From contig CBDCNQ010000001.1 in assembly GCA_965219445.1 (NCBI GenBank), forward strand, positions 64,001-128,000: a DNA stretch of 64,000 bases, given 5' to 3'. Every line of letters begins with the position of its first letter. The first letter of the stretch is position 1. The stretch is from Longimicrobiales bacterium. GTDB lineage: Bacteria > Gemmatimonadota > Gemmatimonadetes > Longimicrobiales > Gaopeijiaceae. A program made the position numbers and the translations under genes. The notes under the pieces are model-generated. The model did no database searches, had not been told where the DNA came from, and was given only the letters and a program-made list of their open reading frames with translations. Shown piece after piece: positions 1-9,682 of the stretch.

Positions 1-135
1 ACGACGTTCGGTTTCACCGATCGCCTGGCGGCGGTCGAACCCGAAGACGTGCGCCGGGTCGCGCAGCAATTCTTCACGCGCGAGAATCGGACGGTGGCTA
101 CCGTGGTTCGCCCCGATTCGGTTGCCGGCCGATGA
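1..135 (+). CDS. C-terminal end (partial) of a probable M16 family peptidase subunit
   Basis: Frame 1 reads TTFGFTDRLAAVEPEDVRRVAQQFFTRENRTVATVVRPDSVAGR*, a typical M16 C-terminus. The stop overlaps the next ATG (ATGA). Not in the ORF track. Confidence 0.7.
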   Translation, partial: TTFGFTDRLAAVEPEDVRRVAQQFFTRENRTVATVVRPDSVAGR

Positions 136-1610
136 GTTCCTTCGGGCCGTCGAGTCCCCGGTCCATCTCGGCCGTCGCTTTGGTGTGTGTCGCCTTTCCG
201 AGGGGTCTGTTCGCGCAGGAGCCCACGCCGACAGCGCTCGCCTCCCTGGAGTTCGCACCGTTGGAATTCCGGCAACCGGATGCTCTACAATATCGCGTCG
301 AGCCCGGCGTGGAGGTCTTCTTCGTCGAAGACCACTCCTTGCCCCTGGTGTCCGTGTTCGCGCGGTTCCGCGGTGGGCCCTCGTACTTCTCTAGGAACGA
401 ACACGGAGCCACGACCGCGGTTCCGGTGCTCCTTCGTTCGGGGGGCACCCTCGCTCTTCCGCCGGACTCCGTCGACGAGCGTCTGGAGTTCTACGCCGCC
501 GAGACAACCTTCGGGGGGGGAGGGGCGTCCTCGTTCAGTTCGGTCAACACTCTAACGCGCGATCTAGACGAGGTGCTCGAGATCTGGGGATCTCTGTTGA
601 GGAACCCGGCCTTCGATCCAACTAGCGTTGAGGTATGGCGTGGCCAGCGACTCGACGCCGTGAGAAGGCAGTCGGAGATTCCTGCGCGGTTGGCGATCGC
701 CAAATTCAACAATCTCCTGTTCGACGATCACCCCGTAGGGTGGGGGTTGAGGCCCGAGGATCTCGATCCGGAGGATCTGGCCCCGGACATCCTGCATTCC
801 GTCCATCGGAGGATCTTTTGTTGGGGGAACCTCACGCTGGGCGTGACGGGAGATGTCACTTGGGAGGAAATGCGTCCGAAATTGGAGCGGTTACTCGACG
901 GTTGGCCTCCCTGTGACGGTAATCTGGAACCCCCGGCACCACCCACGTTCTCCGTCGAGCCCGGAGTTTATGTCATACCGAGGGAAATCGACCAGAGTAC
1001 GATCATCATAGGAAAACCCAGTGACGTGCGCTTGGCTGATAGCGATGACTACTACGCGGCCCGAATCGGCAATTCGATCCTGGGAGGGGGGGGGCTCACC
1101 AGCCGCCTCGCACGTCGGGTCCGTACACAGGAGGGGCTGGCGTATGGGGCAGCTTCGGTTTGGACGACACCCAGGCGCTCGCCGGGGATCATCGCCGCGA
1201 CCACCCAGACGAAGAGCGAATCGACCGTCGAGGCGATTCACGTCATTGCCGAGATCCTCGGGGAAGTAGCGTCGGGACCACCGGAGGACGGGGAGGTGCA
1301 CGACGCCGTCGAACGGATCGTGAACGGGTTCGTCTTCAATTTTGAAAGCCCGGCCCTGATCGTATCCCGCCAGATGTTCTATCTGGGTCAGAATCTTCCC
1401 CTCGATTGGCTACCGCGGTTTCTGGCAGGAGTTCAGGGCGTAACTCCCGCAGCGGTCCACCAAGTCTTCCGTGAAAACCTGCCTCCGAACGGCCTCGACG
1501 ACATGGTGATCGTGATCGTTGGTGACCCGGGAGGGTTCGATCCCGGCCTGGAGGACTTGGGGCCCGTTCGGTTAGTGGAGCAGGACGAAGCCGCGCCTCG
1601 TCCCCGATAG
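132..1610 (+). CDS. M16 family (pitrilysin-like) peptidase subunit, probably non-catalytic
   Basis: Signal peptide; EDHSLPLV, GGGGLTSRL..RVR..EGLAY and VQGVTPAAV motifs; no HXXEH seen. Confidence 0.85.
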   Translation: MSSFGPSSPRSISAVALVCVAFPRGLFAQEPTPTALASLEFAPLEFRQPDALQYRVEPGVEVFFVEDHSLPLVSVFARFRGGPSYFSRNEHGATTAVPVLLRSGGTLALPPDSVDERLEFYAAETTFGGGGASSFSSVNTLTRDLDEVLEIWGSLLRNPAFDPTSVEVWRGQRLDAVRRQSEIPARLAIAKFNNLLFDDHPVGWGLRPEDLDPEDLAPDILHSVHRRIFCWGNLTLGVTGDVTWEEMRPKLERLLDGWPPCDGNLEPPAPPTFSVEPGVYVIPREIDQSTIIIGKPSDVRLADSDDYYAARIGNSILGGGGLTSRLARRVRTQEGLAYGAASVWTTPRRSPGIIAATTQTKSESTVEAIHVIAEILGEVASGPPEDGEVHDAVERIVNGFVFNFESPALIVSRQMFYLGQNLPLDWLPRFLAGVQGVTPAAVHQVFRENLPPNGLDDMVIVIVGDPGGFDPGLEDLGPVRLVEQDEAAPRPR

Positions 1611-1629
1611 AGACCTGTGAAGGTCTAGA

Positions 1630-2358
1630 TCACGCCCGAACCGCAACGTGGATCGCCGCGATCCCGCCGGTCACCAAGCGCCACTCCACACTTGTGAAAC
1701 CGGACTCGGCCAGCAGGCTGGCCAACTCCTCGGGCCCAGGGAATTCCTTTACCGACGCGGGCAAATAGCTATAGGCCCAAGGATGCCCAGAAACGACCCT
1801 CCCCACGACGGGGAGAATTCGATGGAAATAGAAATTGTAGAGGCCTCGAAGGACTCGGTTCGGCGGCTCCGTGAACTCCAGAATCACGAGTCGGGCACCC
1901 GGGCGAAGGACTCGAGCGAATGCCGAGAAGCCGGCGCGTACGTCGGAGAGATTGCGCACACCGAATCCGACCGTCGCACCATCGAAACATGCACTCGTGA
2001 AGGGCAACCGCAGGGTGTCCCCGCAGATGGGAGTCACGGAAGGGCCGAGCTTGTGGCGCCCCTGGACCAGCATCGGTAAGGCAAAATCGGTCGCGACCAC
2101 AGACCCTCGAAAACCATCCTGCTTCGTCAGCTCCAAGCTCAGATCGAAGGTGCCCGCACACGCATCCAGGTACCTCCCCGTCTCCCGCTCCTGCCACCCG
2201 AGCATCTGGATCGCACGCCGCCGCCAACCTCTATCGATGTTAAGGCTGAGCACATGATTCAACAGGTCGTACCGCGGCGCGATCTCGGAGAAGAGGGTCC
2301 GGACCTGGTTCTCCCTCTCAGTACCATGGGAGGGTTTAGCTTCCGGGATTATCGCCAT
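1630..2358 (-). CDS. ubiE: UbiE/MenG family ubiquinone/menaquinone biosynthesis methyltransferase
   Basis: LFSEIAPRYDLLNHVLSLNIDRGWRR, LDACAGT, GFGVRN, RVLRPGARLVILEF; start trimmed to ATG 2358. Confidence 0.9.
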   Translation of the reverse strand: MAIIPEAKPSHGTERENQVRTLFSEIAPRYDLLNHVLSLNIDRGWRRRAIQMLGWQERETGRYLDACAGTFDLSLELTKQDGFRGSVVATDFALPMLVQGRHKLGPSVTPICGDTLRLPFTSACFDGATVGFGVRNLSDVRAGFSAFARVLRPGARLVILEFTEPPNRVLRGLYNFYFHRILPVVGRVVSGHPWAYSYLPASVKEFPGPEELASLLAESGFTSVEWRLVTGGIAAIHVAVRA

Positions 2359-2502
2359 TCGCTCGATCTTTTGGTTACTTTCTCCACCCGAAGGCGTGTA
2401 GCCAGGGCGGGACGGCCGGGAGCCGCGTACCCGGGAAGGACGCGAAGTTTCCCCGGCCGCGCCAACTCGATGGGTCCGAAGGCGCCCCCGCCAGGCAGAC
2501 CC

Positions 2503-3114
2503 ATGAGGGCGGAGCCACTCCACTTGGATTTCGACACGCAGACCGACAAGGAACTGGCGGCGCTGTCGGCGGCCGGGAACGAGGGTGCGGTCGCCGAGCT
2601 GCTCCGACGCTATGAGCGGCCCATCTTTTCCTTGGTCTACCGCATGGTCCGCGACCGGGCCCTGGCCGAAGACTTGGCACGGGAAGCGTTCATCCGTGCC
2701 TTCAACGCCGTCTCCTCCTACGACCCGCGCTACAAGTTCAGCAGCTGGATTTTCAAGATCGCCAACAATCACACGATCGATCATTTGAGACGGCGCAAAC
2801 TCGACACCGTGTCGATCGAGGGCTCGCCCCACGCGCGAACGGCCCAAGAGGAAGAGCGGACACGGCTGGTCGTGGAATCAACGGACGAGAATCCGATGGA
2901 ATATACGGAGCACCGGGAGCTCGGAGATCAGATCGAGCAAGCCATCGGCACGCTCCGTCCCGAATACCGGACGGCCGTTCTCCTGCGCCACGTAGAGGGG
3001 TACGCGTATGAGGAGATCGCGGAAATCATGGACGTGCCCCTGGGAACGGTCAAGACGTATTTGTACCGTGCCCGAAGCGAGCTGAAGGAGATGCTCGCGC
3101 ACCTGACTTCCTGA
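2503..3114 (+). CDS. ECF sigma-70 factor (SigW/RpoE-like)
   Basis: Region 2 (AEDLAREAF..FSSWIFKIANNHTIDHLRR) and region 4 (YEEIAEIMDVPLGTVKTYLYRAR). Confidence 0.92.
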   Translation: MRAEPLHLDFDTQTDKELAALSAAGNEGAVAELLRRYERPIFSLVYRMVRDRALAEDLAREAFIRAFNAVSSYDPRYKFSSWIFKIANNHTIDHLRRRKLDTVSIEGSPHARTAQEEERTRLVVESTDENPMEYTEHRELGDQIEQAIGTLRPEYRTAVLLRHVEGYAYEEIAEIMDVPLGTVKTYLYRARSELKEMLAHLTS

Positions 3115-3124
3115 GCCCTTTTCA

Positions 3125-3151
3125 TGAAACTTTGGAAAACCCGCGTCCGTA
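3125..3151 (+). promoter_or_regulatory. Candidate ECF (SigW-like) promoter TGAAAC-N17-CGTA
   Basis: tgaaac 3125-3130 and cgta 3148-3151, upstream of the RBS gaggag and the anti-sigma start. Confidence 0.5.
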
Positions 3152-3190
3152 AGGTCTGTAATCAAATCATGAGGAGTCGATAGCGTGGCA

Positions 3191-3508
3191 ATGAAGCATC
3201 CGAAGACACACCTGACCGCTGAGCGGATCCAGGCCTTCCTGGATGATGCCCTTTCTCGAGACGAGCGGGCCGAAGTGCAGGAACATGCCACGACTTGTGG
3301 ACGTTGCACGGCAGAGGTTGAGGCCTGGCAGCTTCTATATTCCGAGCTTGGGGAGCTCCCCGAACTGAGTCCGGCACCAAACTTCGGGGACCGTGTGCTC
3401 GCCGGTCTCAACAAGGCTGTTCCGGCCGCCTCCTTCGGAGCTGGGAGGCTCCCTCCTCGCTGGAGGATGGTGAGCTGGAGTTGGCCCAAATGCTCGATCT
3501 CACGCTAG
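3191..3508 (+). pseudogene. Truncated zinc-finger (zf-HC2/ZAS) anti-sigma factor
   Basis: HxxxCxxC motif EHATTCGRC and PAPNFGDRVLAGL, then atypical sequence and a stop with no transmembrane segment. Confidence 0.65.
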
Positions 3509-4307
3509 ATCGTGGGCGTCTCCTTCGCTGCCGCAACGCTCTGGCACCCGACAATATTTCGACCTCCGCCGACCCGGAGCCGGAGGTCGTGATCGACCCA
3601 ACGGACCCGGATCTCGGTCTGAGTATTCAGGAGCTCGAGGATCTAACGGGCCGCATCCGGCTGGAAATCCAAGAGGAGCTCCGAGATGAGATCCAAGAGG
3701 AGCTCCGAGGTGAGATTCAAGGCGAGCTCCGCGACGAGCTTCGCCGCGAGCTGAGAGACGCCGAAGAAGCGAGCCAAGCCTACCGGCCGTTGCGTGGGGC
3801 TGTGTCGTGCTCGTGGTATCGGTGGTGGGCATCATCGCTCTGCCCTTCTGGGCTCTGCTTTTCCCGGTCGCCGTGGCGCTGGGGGCCGGGCTCGGCTATT
3901 TGGCTGTCGCGAGAAACGTCGGCGAGTGGGTGGCCTCCCGGAACATCAATGGCCTTGAATGGCTCCGACCCACCAACACGTTCTACGCAGTTACCGCGGG
4001 CATCGGGGCTCTCCTCGCCTTCTTTGTCGCCGCCAGCATTCTCGACATCCTGCCCTTCTTCGGGTTCTTCAGTGGGCTCCTCGCCACGTTAGGGACGATG
4101 GCCACGGTGGCCACAGTGCTGATCGGATTCGGAGCCGTACTGCTGACGCGTGGCGGACACCGAGCGGACTTTTACGGCGGCGATGATCCTTTCGCGGACG
4201 AGAAATGGAGGGACGAGAACACGTCGGAGGAGGTCCTCGACGCCGAGGAATTCCCTGACGAATCCACCACAACAGGGACGAAGGCGGGAGAACAGGGCGA
4301 TGCGTAA
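3481..4307 (+). pseudogene. Fragmented membrane protein gene (acidic repeat fragment plus multi-TM C-terminal fragment in another frame)
   Basis: ORF 3481..4092 carries EIQEELRD repeats then loses coding character; ORF 3807..4307 starts mid-helix with about 4 TM segments and no RBS. Confidence 0.55.
3664..3759 (+). repeat. Four degenerate 24-bp tandem units encoding EIQEELRD/EIQEELRG/EIQGELRD/ELRRELRD
   Basis: Units such as gagatccaagaggagctccgaggt read directly. Confidence 0.85.
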
Positions 4308-5149
4308 GAGCGTGTCGATGTGGCTGTGGGTGGCGTTGGTCATGGGCCTGAGCCTCGCGGACGCTGTCCACGGGCAGAGTTCGCCGGACAGTCACCATGT
4401 CCCGGCAGGTGGAAGACGAGCAAAGCGTGGAGGTGAATGTCGAGTACGGGACGGGCCGTCTCTCGGTCGGACCGGCCGAGGCCGGCGTCCTCTACCGCAT
4501 GCAACTCGAGTATGACGAAGACGCCTTTGAGCCACTCGCCGAATATCAGGGCTCTTTGCTCAGGATCGGCACCGAAGGTCTCGGCCGCCGTATCCGGCTG
4601 GGGAGTGACCGGACGGCCGGCGAGATGGAATTGGCGTTATCCCGGGACGTGGCGATGGACCTGGGCATGGACTTCGGCGCGGTCCGGGCGGACATAGATC
4701 TCGGGGGTATTCCCCTCACTCGCCTGGAGATCGCCACTGGGGCGTCAGAGACCCTCGTGGATATCTCCGAGCCCAACCCTGAAACGATGTCCCGGGCCAG
4801 TATGGATGTCGGAGCGGCGGAATTCACAGTGCGAAATCTAGGGAACTTCAACACGCAAGAAATCGAGATCGACGCCGGAGTGGGGGACATTGAACTGGGC
4901 TTCGCCGGCGACTGGCGGCAGAACGCGCGAGTCTCCGTGGACATGGGACTCGGGTCCCTGGTGCTGCGCTTCCCGAGGGGTCTCGGTGTACGACTGGAGA
5001 CGGACACCTTCCTCACGTCGCTGGACCCCCAAGGGCTCGTCAAGCGTGGTGACGAGTATTACTCGTTGGACTACGACGAGTCGGAGTACCAGATTACTGT
5101 CGACGTCGACGCCGCGTTCGGAAGCATCCGCGTCGAGTGGGTGGATTGA
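4300..5149 (+). pseudogene. Secreted beta-rich protein (DUF2154/LiaF 'toast-rack'-like), frameshifted near 4381-4384
   Basis: Signal peptide MRKSVSMWLWVALVMGLSLADAVHGQS from ATG 4300 is out of frame with the body RTVTMSRQ...DAAFGSIRVEWVD (4397..5149). Confidence 0.65.
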
Positions 5150-5165
5150 TTAGGAGGTAATAGAG

Positions 5166-5402
5166 ATGATCGGTACGCTGCTGACCTTTTTCGCCGTCGG
5201 CCTAGCTAGCCTGATTGTGGCTGGAATCGTGCTCTCGATTCTCGGCACCATTCTCTCGATCGGATTCGGCCTCGCGACCTTCCTATTGTTCAAGGTCGCA
5301 CCCGTTTTGCTGGTCGGGTGGGTGGTCCTGAAGGTGATCGATAAACGCTCGGGTGGCGAGAGCCTCTCGGCATCGGACCGCCGTTGGCTGGAAGGGGAGT
5401 AG
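5166..5402 (+). CDS. Small membrane protein (78 aa)
   Basis: RBS ggaggt; hydrophobic sequence ending SASDRRWLEGE. Confidence 0.8.
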   Translation: MIGTLLTFFAVGLASLIVAGIVLSILGTILSIGFGLATFLLFKVAPVLLVGWVVLKVIDKRSGGESLSASDRRWLEGE

Positions 5403-5412
5403 GGAGGTAAGC

Positions 5413-5473
5413 AAGTAGGTAAGTAGGTAAGTAGGTAAGTAGGTAAGTAGGTAAGTAGGTAAGTAGGTAAGTA
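5413..5473. repeat. Perfect tandem repeat (AAGTAGGT)x7 + AAGTA
   Basis: Counted directly; lies between convergent stop codons at 5402 and 5482. Confidence 0.97.
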
Positions 5474-5481
5474 CCGAATGT

Positions 5482-6624
5482 TTAGCCGGTCGGGACCGAG
5501 CTAAGCACCTCCGCTACTGTATCCGCAATCTCGTTTAGAGCCCTCCCCGCGCTTGAGTCCGGCACGGACACGACCGTCGGCGCCCCTTCGTCCCCGGCCA
5601 ACCGCACCGCCGAATCCAGGGGCACACGCCCGAGTAATGGGAGCTCCAGCTCCTCGGCCAGACGCTCCCCTCCTCCACTTCCGAAGATGTCGATCTCTTC
5701 ATCACAGTGGGGACAAGCGAACCCTGACATGTTCTCCACGATGCCCAGAACCGTAGTGTTCACACGCTGAAACATCTTTATGCCGCGGCGTACGTCACCA
5801 GTGGCCACGTCTTGCGGTGTTGTGACCATCACGACCCCATCGATGTCTACGATCTGCACGAGGGAGAGCTGGGCATCGCCGGTGCCAGGGGGCATGTCCA
5901 CCACCATCACATCGAGGTCTCCCCAGGTGACCTGCTCCAGAAACTGCCGGAGGACTCCGGAGATGAGGGGGCCCCGCATGATGGCGGGCTGCTCCTTCTC
6001 GAGAAGGAATCCGATACTCATCAGGCGAACACCGTGCGCCTCCATCGGCTCGATCATCTCCTGGCCCTTGTCCCCCGACACGCCGGGCCGGCCCTCGGCT
6101 CCGAACATCAGCGGGATATTCGGTCCGTAGATGTCGGCGTCGAGAAGGCCCACCCTTTTTCCGGCGGCGGCGAAGGCGGCAGCCAAGTTAGTTGCCACCA
6201 TGGACTTACCGACGCCCCCTTTTCCCGAACTCACCGCAACGACGCGCGTATTTTCGCCCAGGATTCCCGACTTGGGAGTCGGGGCGGGCACCACCCCGGG
6301 GCCTCGACCGGGGCCTCGAGCGGGGACGGAGGAGGTCGGAGGCCCTGAAGGCCGTGGCCCCTCTCCACCCTGCCCGGACTGCGGGAGCGTGACATTGATC
6401 TTCACAGCTCCGACTCCGTCCAATGCCTCCACGGCCCCCCGAGCGTCCCGCACAAGCCCCCCGGGATCGTCCGCTTGAATGGAAAACGAAAAACGGACGT
6501 CCCCCGTGTCACCGACCTCCAACCCCTGGACGTGCCCACTCTCCACGACATTACGGCCGGTCTTGGGGTGACGAACCCCACCCAAAGCCTGAAGTACACG
6601 CCCCCGGAGGTCCCCATCACTCAT
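5482..6624 (-). CDS. mrp: Mrp/ApbC (NBP35 family) Fe-S cluster carrier ATPase
   Basis: N-terminal DUF59-like domain, SGKGGVGKS, DADIYGP, DMPPGTGD, ENMS, CPHC. Confidence 0.93.
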   Translation of the reverse strand: MSDGDLRGRVLQALGGVRHPKTGRNVVESGHVQGLEVGDTGDVRFSFSIQADDPGGLVRDARGAVEALDGVGAVKINVTLPQSGQGGEGPRPSGPPTSSVPARGPGRGPGVVPAPTPKSGILGENTRVVAVSSGKGGVGKSMVATNLAAAFAAAGKRVGLLDADIYGPNIPLMFGAEGRPGVSGDKGQEMIEPMEAHGVRLMSIGFLLEKEQPAIMRGPLISGVLRQFLEQVTWGDLDVMVVDMPPGTGDAQLSLVQIVDIDGVVMVTTPQDVATGDVRRGIKMFQRVNTTVLGIVENMSGFACPHCDEEIDIFGSGGGERLAEELELPLLGRVPLDSAVRLAGDEGAPTVVSVPDSSAGRALNEIADTVAEVLSSVPTG

Positions 6625-6647
6625 TTCTGCTCCCTGAACTGCTCCCT

Positions 6648-6744
6648 GAAGGCTGTTGAAGAAGTACGGTGGGCCGTGCCGGGGATGCCACGGGGCCGTG
6701 CCACCCCAAATCTTCGACTCGTGAGCTTATGTCATACATGGTGG
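6648..6744. mobile_element. Degenerate, internally deleted copy of TIR repeat family A
   Basis: gaaggctgttgaagaagtac..gatgccacgg..cgtgccacc..agcttatgtcatacatggtgg aligns with 13198-13365; preceded by a 12-bp tandem duplication ctgctccctgaa (6627-6650). Confidence 0.75.
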
Positions 6745-6850
6745 TGGGACGCCGAGTCAGAAAAACAAGGGGGCACTACATGCGGTGGCGCCGGTTGGGT
6801 AAGACGAGTTCCCCAATCAGAGTATGCGACCTGTCAGTCCGCCCCGAGCT

Positions 6851-7087
6851 TCAAACCGCCTGAACCTCCGTAATGTTCGGGATACGACTCTTGAGGCGCT
6901 GTTCGATCCCGTCCTTCAGCGTCATCATGGAGATTGGGCAATCTTCGCACGCACCAAGGAGGCGAAGCTCAACCACCCCTCCTTCCTCATTGAAGCGCAG
7001 GAACTCGACATCCCCACCATCTGCCTTGAGTGCGGGGCGTATCGACTCCAGGATCTCTTCGATCTTCGCCTCGACGGTACTCGGCAT
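6851..7087 (-). CDS. NifU C-terminal domain (Nfu-type) Fe-S carrier
   Basis: IRPALKADGGDVE, LLGACEDCPISMMTLKDGIE. Confidence 0.92.
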   Translation of the reverse strand: MPSTVEAKIEEILESIRPALKADGGDVEFLRFNEEGGVVELRLLGACEDCPISMMTLKDGIEQRLKSRIPNITEVQAV

Positions 7088-7294
7088 GAGAACGCTTCCG
7101 TGATCGAATGCTTCGAGCCGGTGAAAAAGCTTGGGGGTTTTCAACACACGAGTCAACCGGACGACCCTATATTGAATGTAGCATGAATCCGCAGACCGCT
7201 TGCGTTCTGAGCCCGTTCCGCGAAATTTTCTCCAAACTTATGTTTCCGGGGCCCTGAACGTAAGGATGCAGAAGACCCGTTGAGAGGCAGGCAC

Positions 7295-9682
7295 GTGGAG
7301 AACGAACAGGCTGGCGGCCGCATGGATTCCGAATTGGCGGGTGCTTCACCTCACATCGCCGACTACTGGCAGGTGATCGCCCGTCGTCTTTGGCTGGTGG
7401 TACTGATCTTTGGCATGACGACCGCCTCGGCCATCTGGGCGGTATCGCAGCAGCGCACGATCTACGAGACCAGAAGCTCCATTCAGATCAACGATCCCCT
7501 CGAGGTCTCCCGTCAACTCAGGGTGGAGACGCGGGGGCTGAGCCGTGTCAGCCTTTTCGTGGATCCCATCGAGTCGGAGATCCAGGTATTGGCTTCAGCT
7601 CAGGTCGCCCGCCAGGTGGTGGACGAACTGGGACTGCGCATGCTCCCGGAAGATGCAAACCTGGTTCGCTCTCAGCTGTTTCTCGATGCCTGGGTCGATC
7701 CGAACCTACCGGATTCCCGTCTGGAACTCGCGTATGATGCCGAAGGACTGCAGGCCCAGATTCTCGACGCCGCCGGTATGGAACTGGCCGCGGGCCCGGT
7801 CAGCACCGTTCTCGACCTTGGGCTGCTACGGCTGACGCCCCAACCTCCGCCCAATGAGGACCGGCGCTTCGGATTGGTGATTCATCCGGCCAGCGGAGTC
7901 CAAGGTGAGGTCCAGGGCAGATTGGTGGCCGGGTCCCTCGAACAGACGAACATCGTTCAGGTGGCCTACAGGGCGTCCGACCCCCTCCTGGCGCCGAAGA
8001 TTCTTAACGAAGCCACGGCCGCTCTGCAGAGCCGCGGACGGGATAGGGTCAGGGACGGTGCCCAACGCGAGCTCGATTTCATCGAGCAACGCCTGGACAG
8101 TGCAATGACGCTCCTTCAGGAATCCTCCCAAGAGATCCGGAGTTTCAAGGAGAGCGCGGCGTTCACGAACCTCACGATCCAGGAGCAGCAGCTCCTGAAT
8201 AATTTCGAGCGCACCGACGAGCGCATGCAAGCGTTCATCGCGCATGAGGACGCACTCCATGCCCTTGCCGTTAGCCTTGAAGAGTCGGGGGTCGAAGGCG
8301 TGGACCTCGTGAGCTTCATGGCCGTCCTCCCGGCCGGCGGGAATCCCCAGATCCGAAGGATCGCGGACGATATCCAGGAGCGGAAGAACGAGATCCAGGT
8401 CTTGATCACGGAGGAGGGGAAGACCGGGGATCACCCTCAGGTCATAGCGGTCCGGGCTCAACTCACGACGAGAGAAAGCGAACTTCGGTCTGCGGTTGGG
8501 GAAAATCTGGTCGTGTTGAGTGGTCAAATTGAAGACGAGCAGAGCCAGCTCAACCGAATTCGGGCGGATCAGGCCAACTTCCCCGAACTGGAAAATCGCC
8601 TTGACGAGTTGAACATTCAGTTGGGTCTCGATCAGGAGACGGTACGTTTCCTGACGTCGCAGCAATATCAGGCGCAGATCACTTCGGCCGCGGCCTCTGC
8701 CTACGTCAGTGTCGTCGATTCGGCCAGTATCGCCTATCCGGTGACTACCGGGGGCCAAACCAACCTGTTGCTGGGGGCAATACTCGGGCTGATCCTCGGC
8801 ATCGGTGCAGCCTTCTTCCTCGAATACCTCGACCGAACGGTACGTACCAGCGCGGACGTCGAGATGCTTCTGAGTATTCCGGTCCTAGGCATTATCCCAC
8901 GGCTTCGCAAGATCCCGCCGGAGTCGGAGCCCGAGGATCGCCGTTCCTCCGGTCTTCCGTTGTTGGTGGCCCTAGGCCCCCTCGATCCCGCAGCGGAAGC
9001 ATACCGGAATCTCCGTATGAACCTCACGTTCATGAGCACCGAGGATAAGCCGATCCGGACCCTGCTCTTCTCGAGCCCGGGTCCGAACGAGGGCAAGTCC
9101 ACGTCGGCGATCAACTTCGCCGTCATGCTCGCCCAACAGGGTGAGCGGGTCCTGCTGGTAGACGCCGACATCCGGCGACCGGCGCTCCATCGAGCCATGG
9201 ACGTTATGCGCGAGCCCGGCTTGACGGATCTTCTGTTGGGGGAGGCCAACGCCCGTGAGGCGGTCCGGCCCAATGTGCTGCCCAATTTGGACTTATTGCC
9301 GAGCGGCCCCTTTCCACCGAATCCCTCTGAACTGCTGAACTCAAAGAAGATGGGGCAGGTTCTCAAGGATTTCGAAGGGACGTACAGCCACATCATCCTC
9401 GATAGCCCGCCGATTCTCGCCGTCACTGATTCCACGGTCCTGGGGACGCATACCGACGGCGTGATTCTGGTGCTCCGGTCGGGGAACACCGAGCAGAGAG
9501 CGGCCGAGAGAGCAGTCGATCAGCTTCGGCGGGTCGGAGTGCAGGTCTTCGGTGCGGTGCTCAACGAAGTGGCATCGACGACCGTGGAGGAGAGCTACTA
9601 CATGCAGTACTACTACAGCTACAACCCGCAACAGCGCACGGGGTGGAAGAAACTGGCTCAAACCTTTCAGAAGACTCCATAG
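7295..9682 (+). CDS. wzc: Wzc-type polysaccharide co-polymerase / tyrosine autokinase
   Basis: Two TM segments flanking a coiled periplasmic region; AEAYRNLR, Walker A GPNEGKS, DADIRRP, DSPP, C-terminal SYYMQYYYSY. Confidence 0.9.
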   Translation: MENEQAGGRMDSELAGASPHIADYWQVIARRLWLVVLIFGMTTASAIWAVSQQRTIYETRSSIQINDPLEVSRQLRVETRGLSRVSLFVDPIESEIQVLASAQVARQVVDELGLRMLPEDANLVRSQLFLDAWVDPNLPDSRLELAYDAEGLQAQILDAAGMELAAGPVSTVLDLGLLRLTPQPPPNEDRRFGLVIHPASGVQGEVQGRLVAGSLEQTNIVQVAYRASDPLLAPKILNEATAALQSRGRDRVRDGAQRELDFIEQRLDSAMTLLQESSQEIRSFKESAAFTNLTIQEQQLLNNFERTDERMQAFIAHEDALHALAVSLEESGVEGVDLVSFMAVLPAGGNPQIRRIADDIQERKNEIQVLITEEGKTGDHPQVIAVRAQLTTRESELRSAVGENLVVLSGQIEDEQSQLNRIRADQANFPELENRLDELNIQLGLDQETVRFLTSQQYQAQITSAAASAYVSVVDSASIAYPVTTGGQTNLLLGAILGLILGIGAAFFLEYLDRTVRTSADVEMLLSIPVLGIIPRLRKIPPESEPEDRRSSGLPLLVALGPLDPAAEAYRNLRMNLTFMSTEDKPIRTLLFSSPGPNEGKSTSAINFAVMLAQQGERVLLVDADIRRPALHRAMDVMREPGLTDLLLGEANAREAVRPNVLPNLDLLPSGPFPPNPSELLNSKKMGQVLKDFEGTYSHIILDSPPILAVTDSTVLGTHTDGVILVLRSGNTEQRAAERAVDQLRRVGVQVFGAVLNEVASTTVEESYYMQYYYSYNPQQRTGWKKLAQTFQKTP

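Noticed and set aside
2359..2847. Long N-terminal extensions in the ORF track (ubiE, sigma, mfd, holB, envC, BatA)
   Set aside because: They overlap neighbouring genes; family motifs begin at downstream starts
5413..5473. Octamer array as a CRISPR or splice-site signal (AGGTAAGT)
   Set aside because: No spacers, unit too short, no cas genes; the resemblance to the eukaryotic 5' splice consensus has no meaning in this bacterial context
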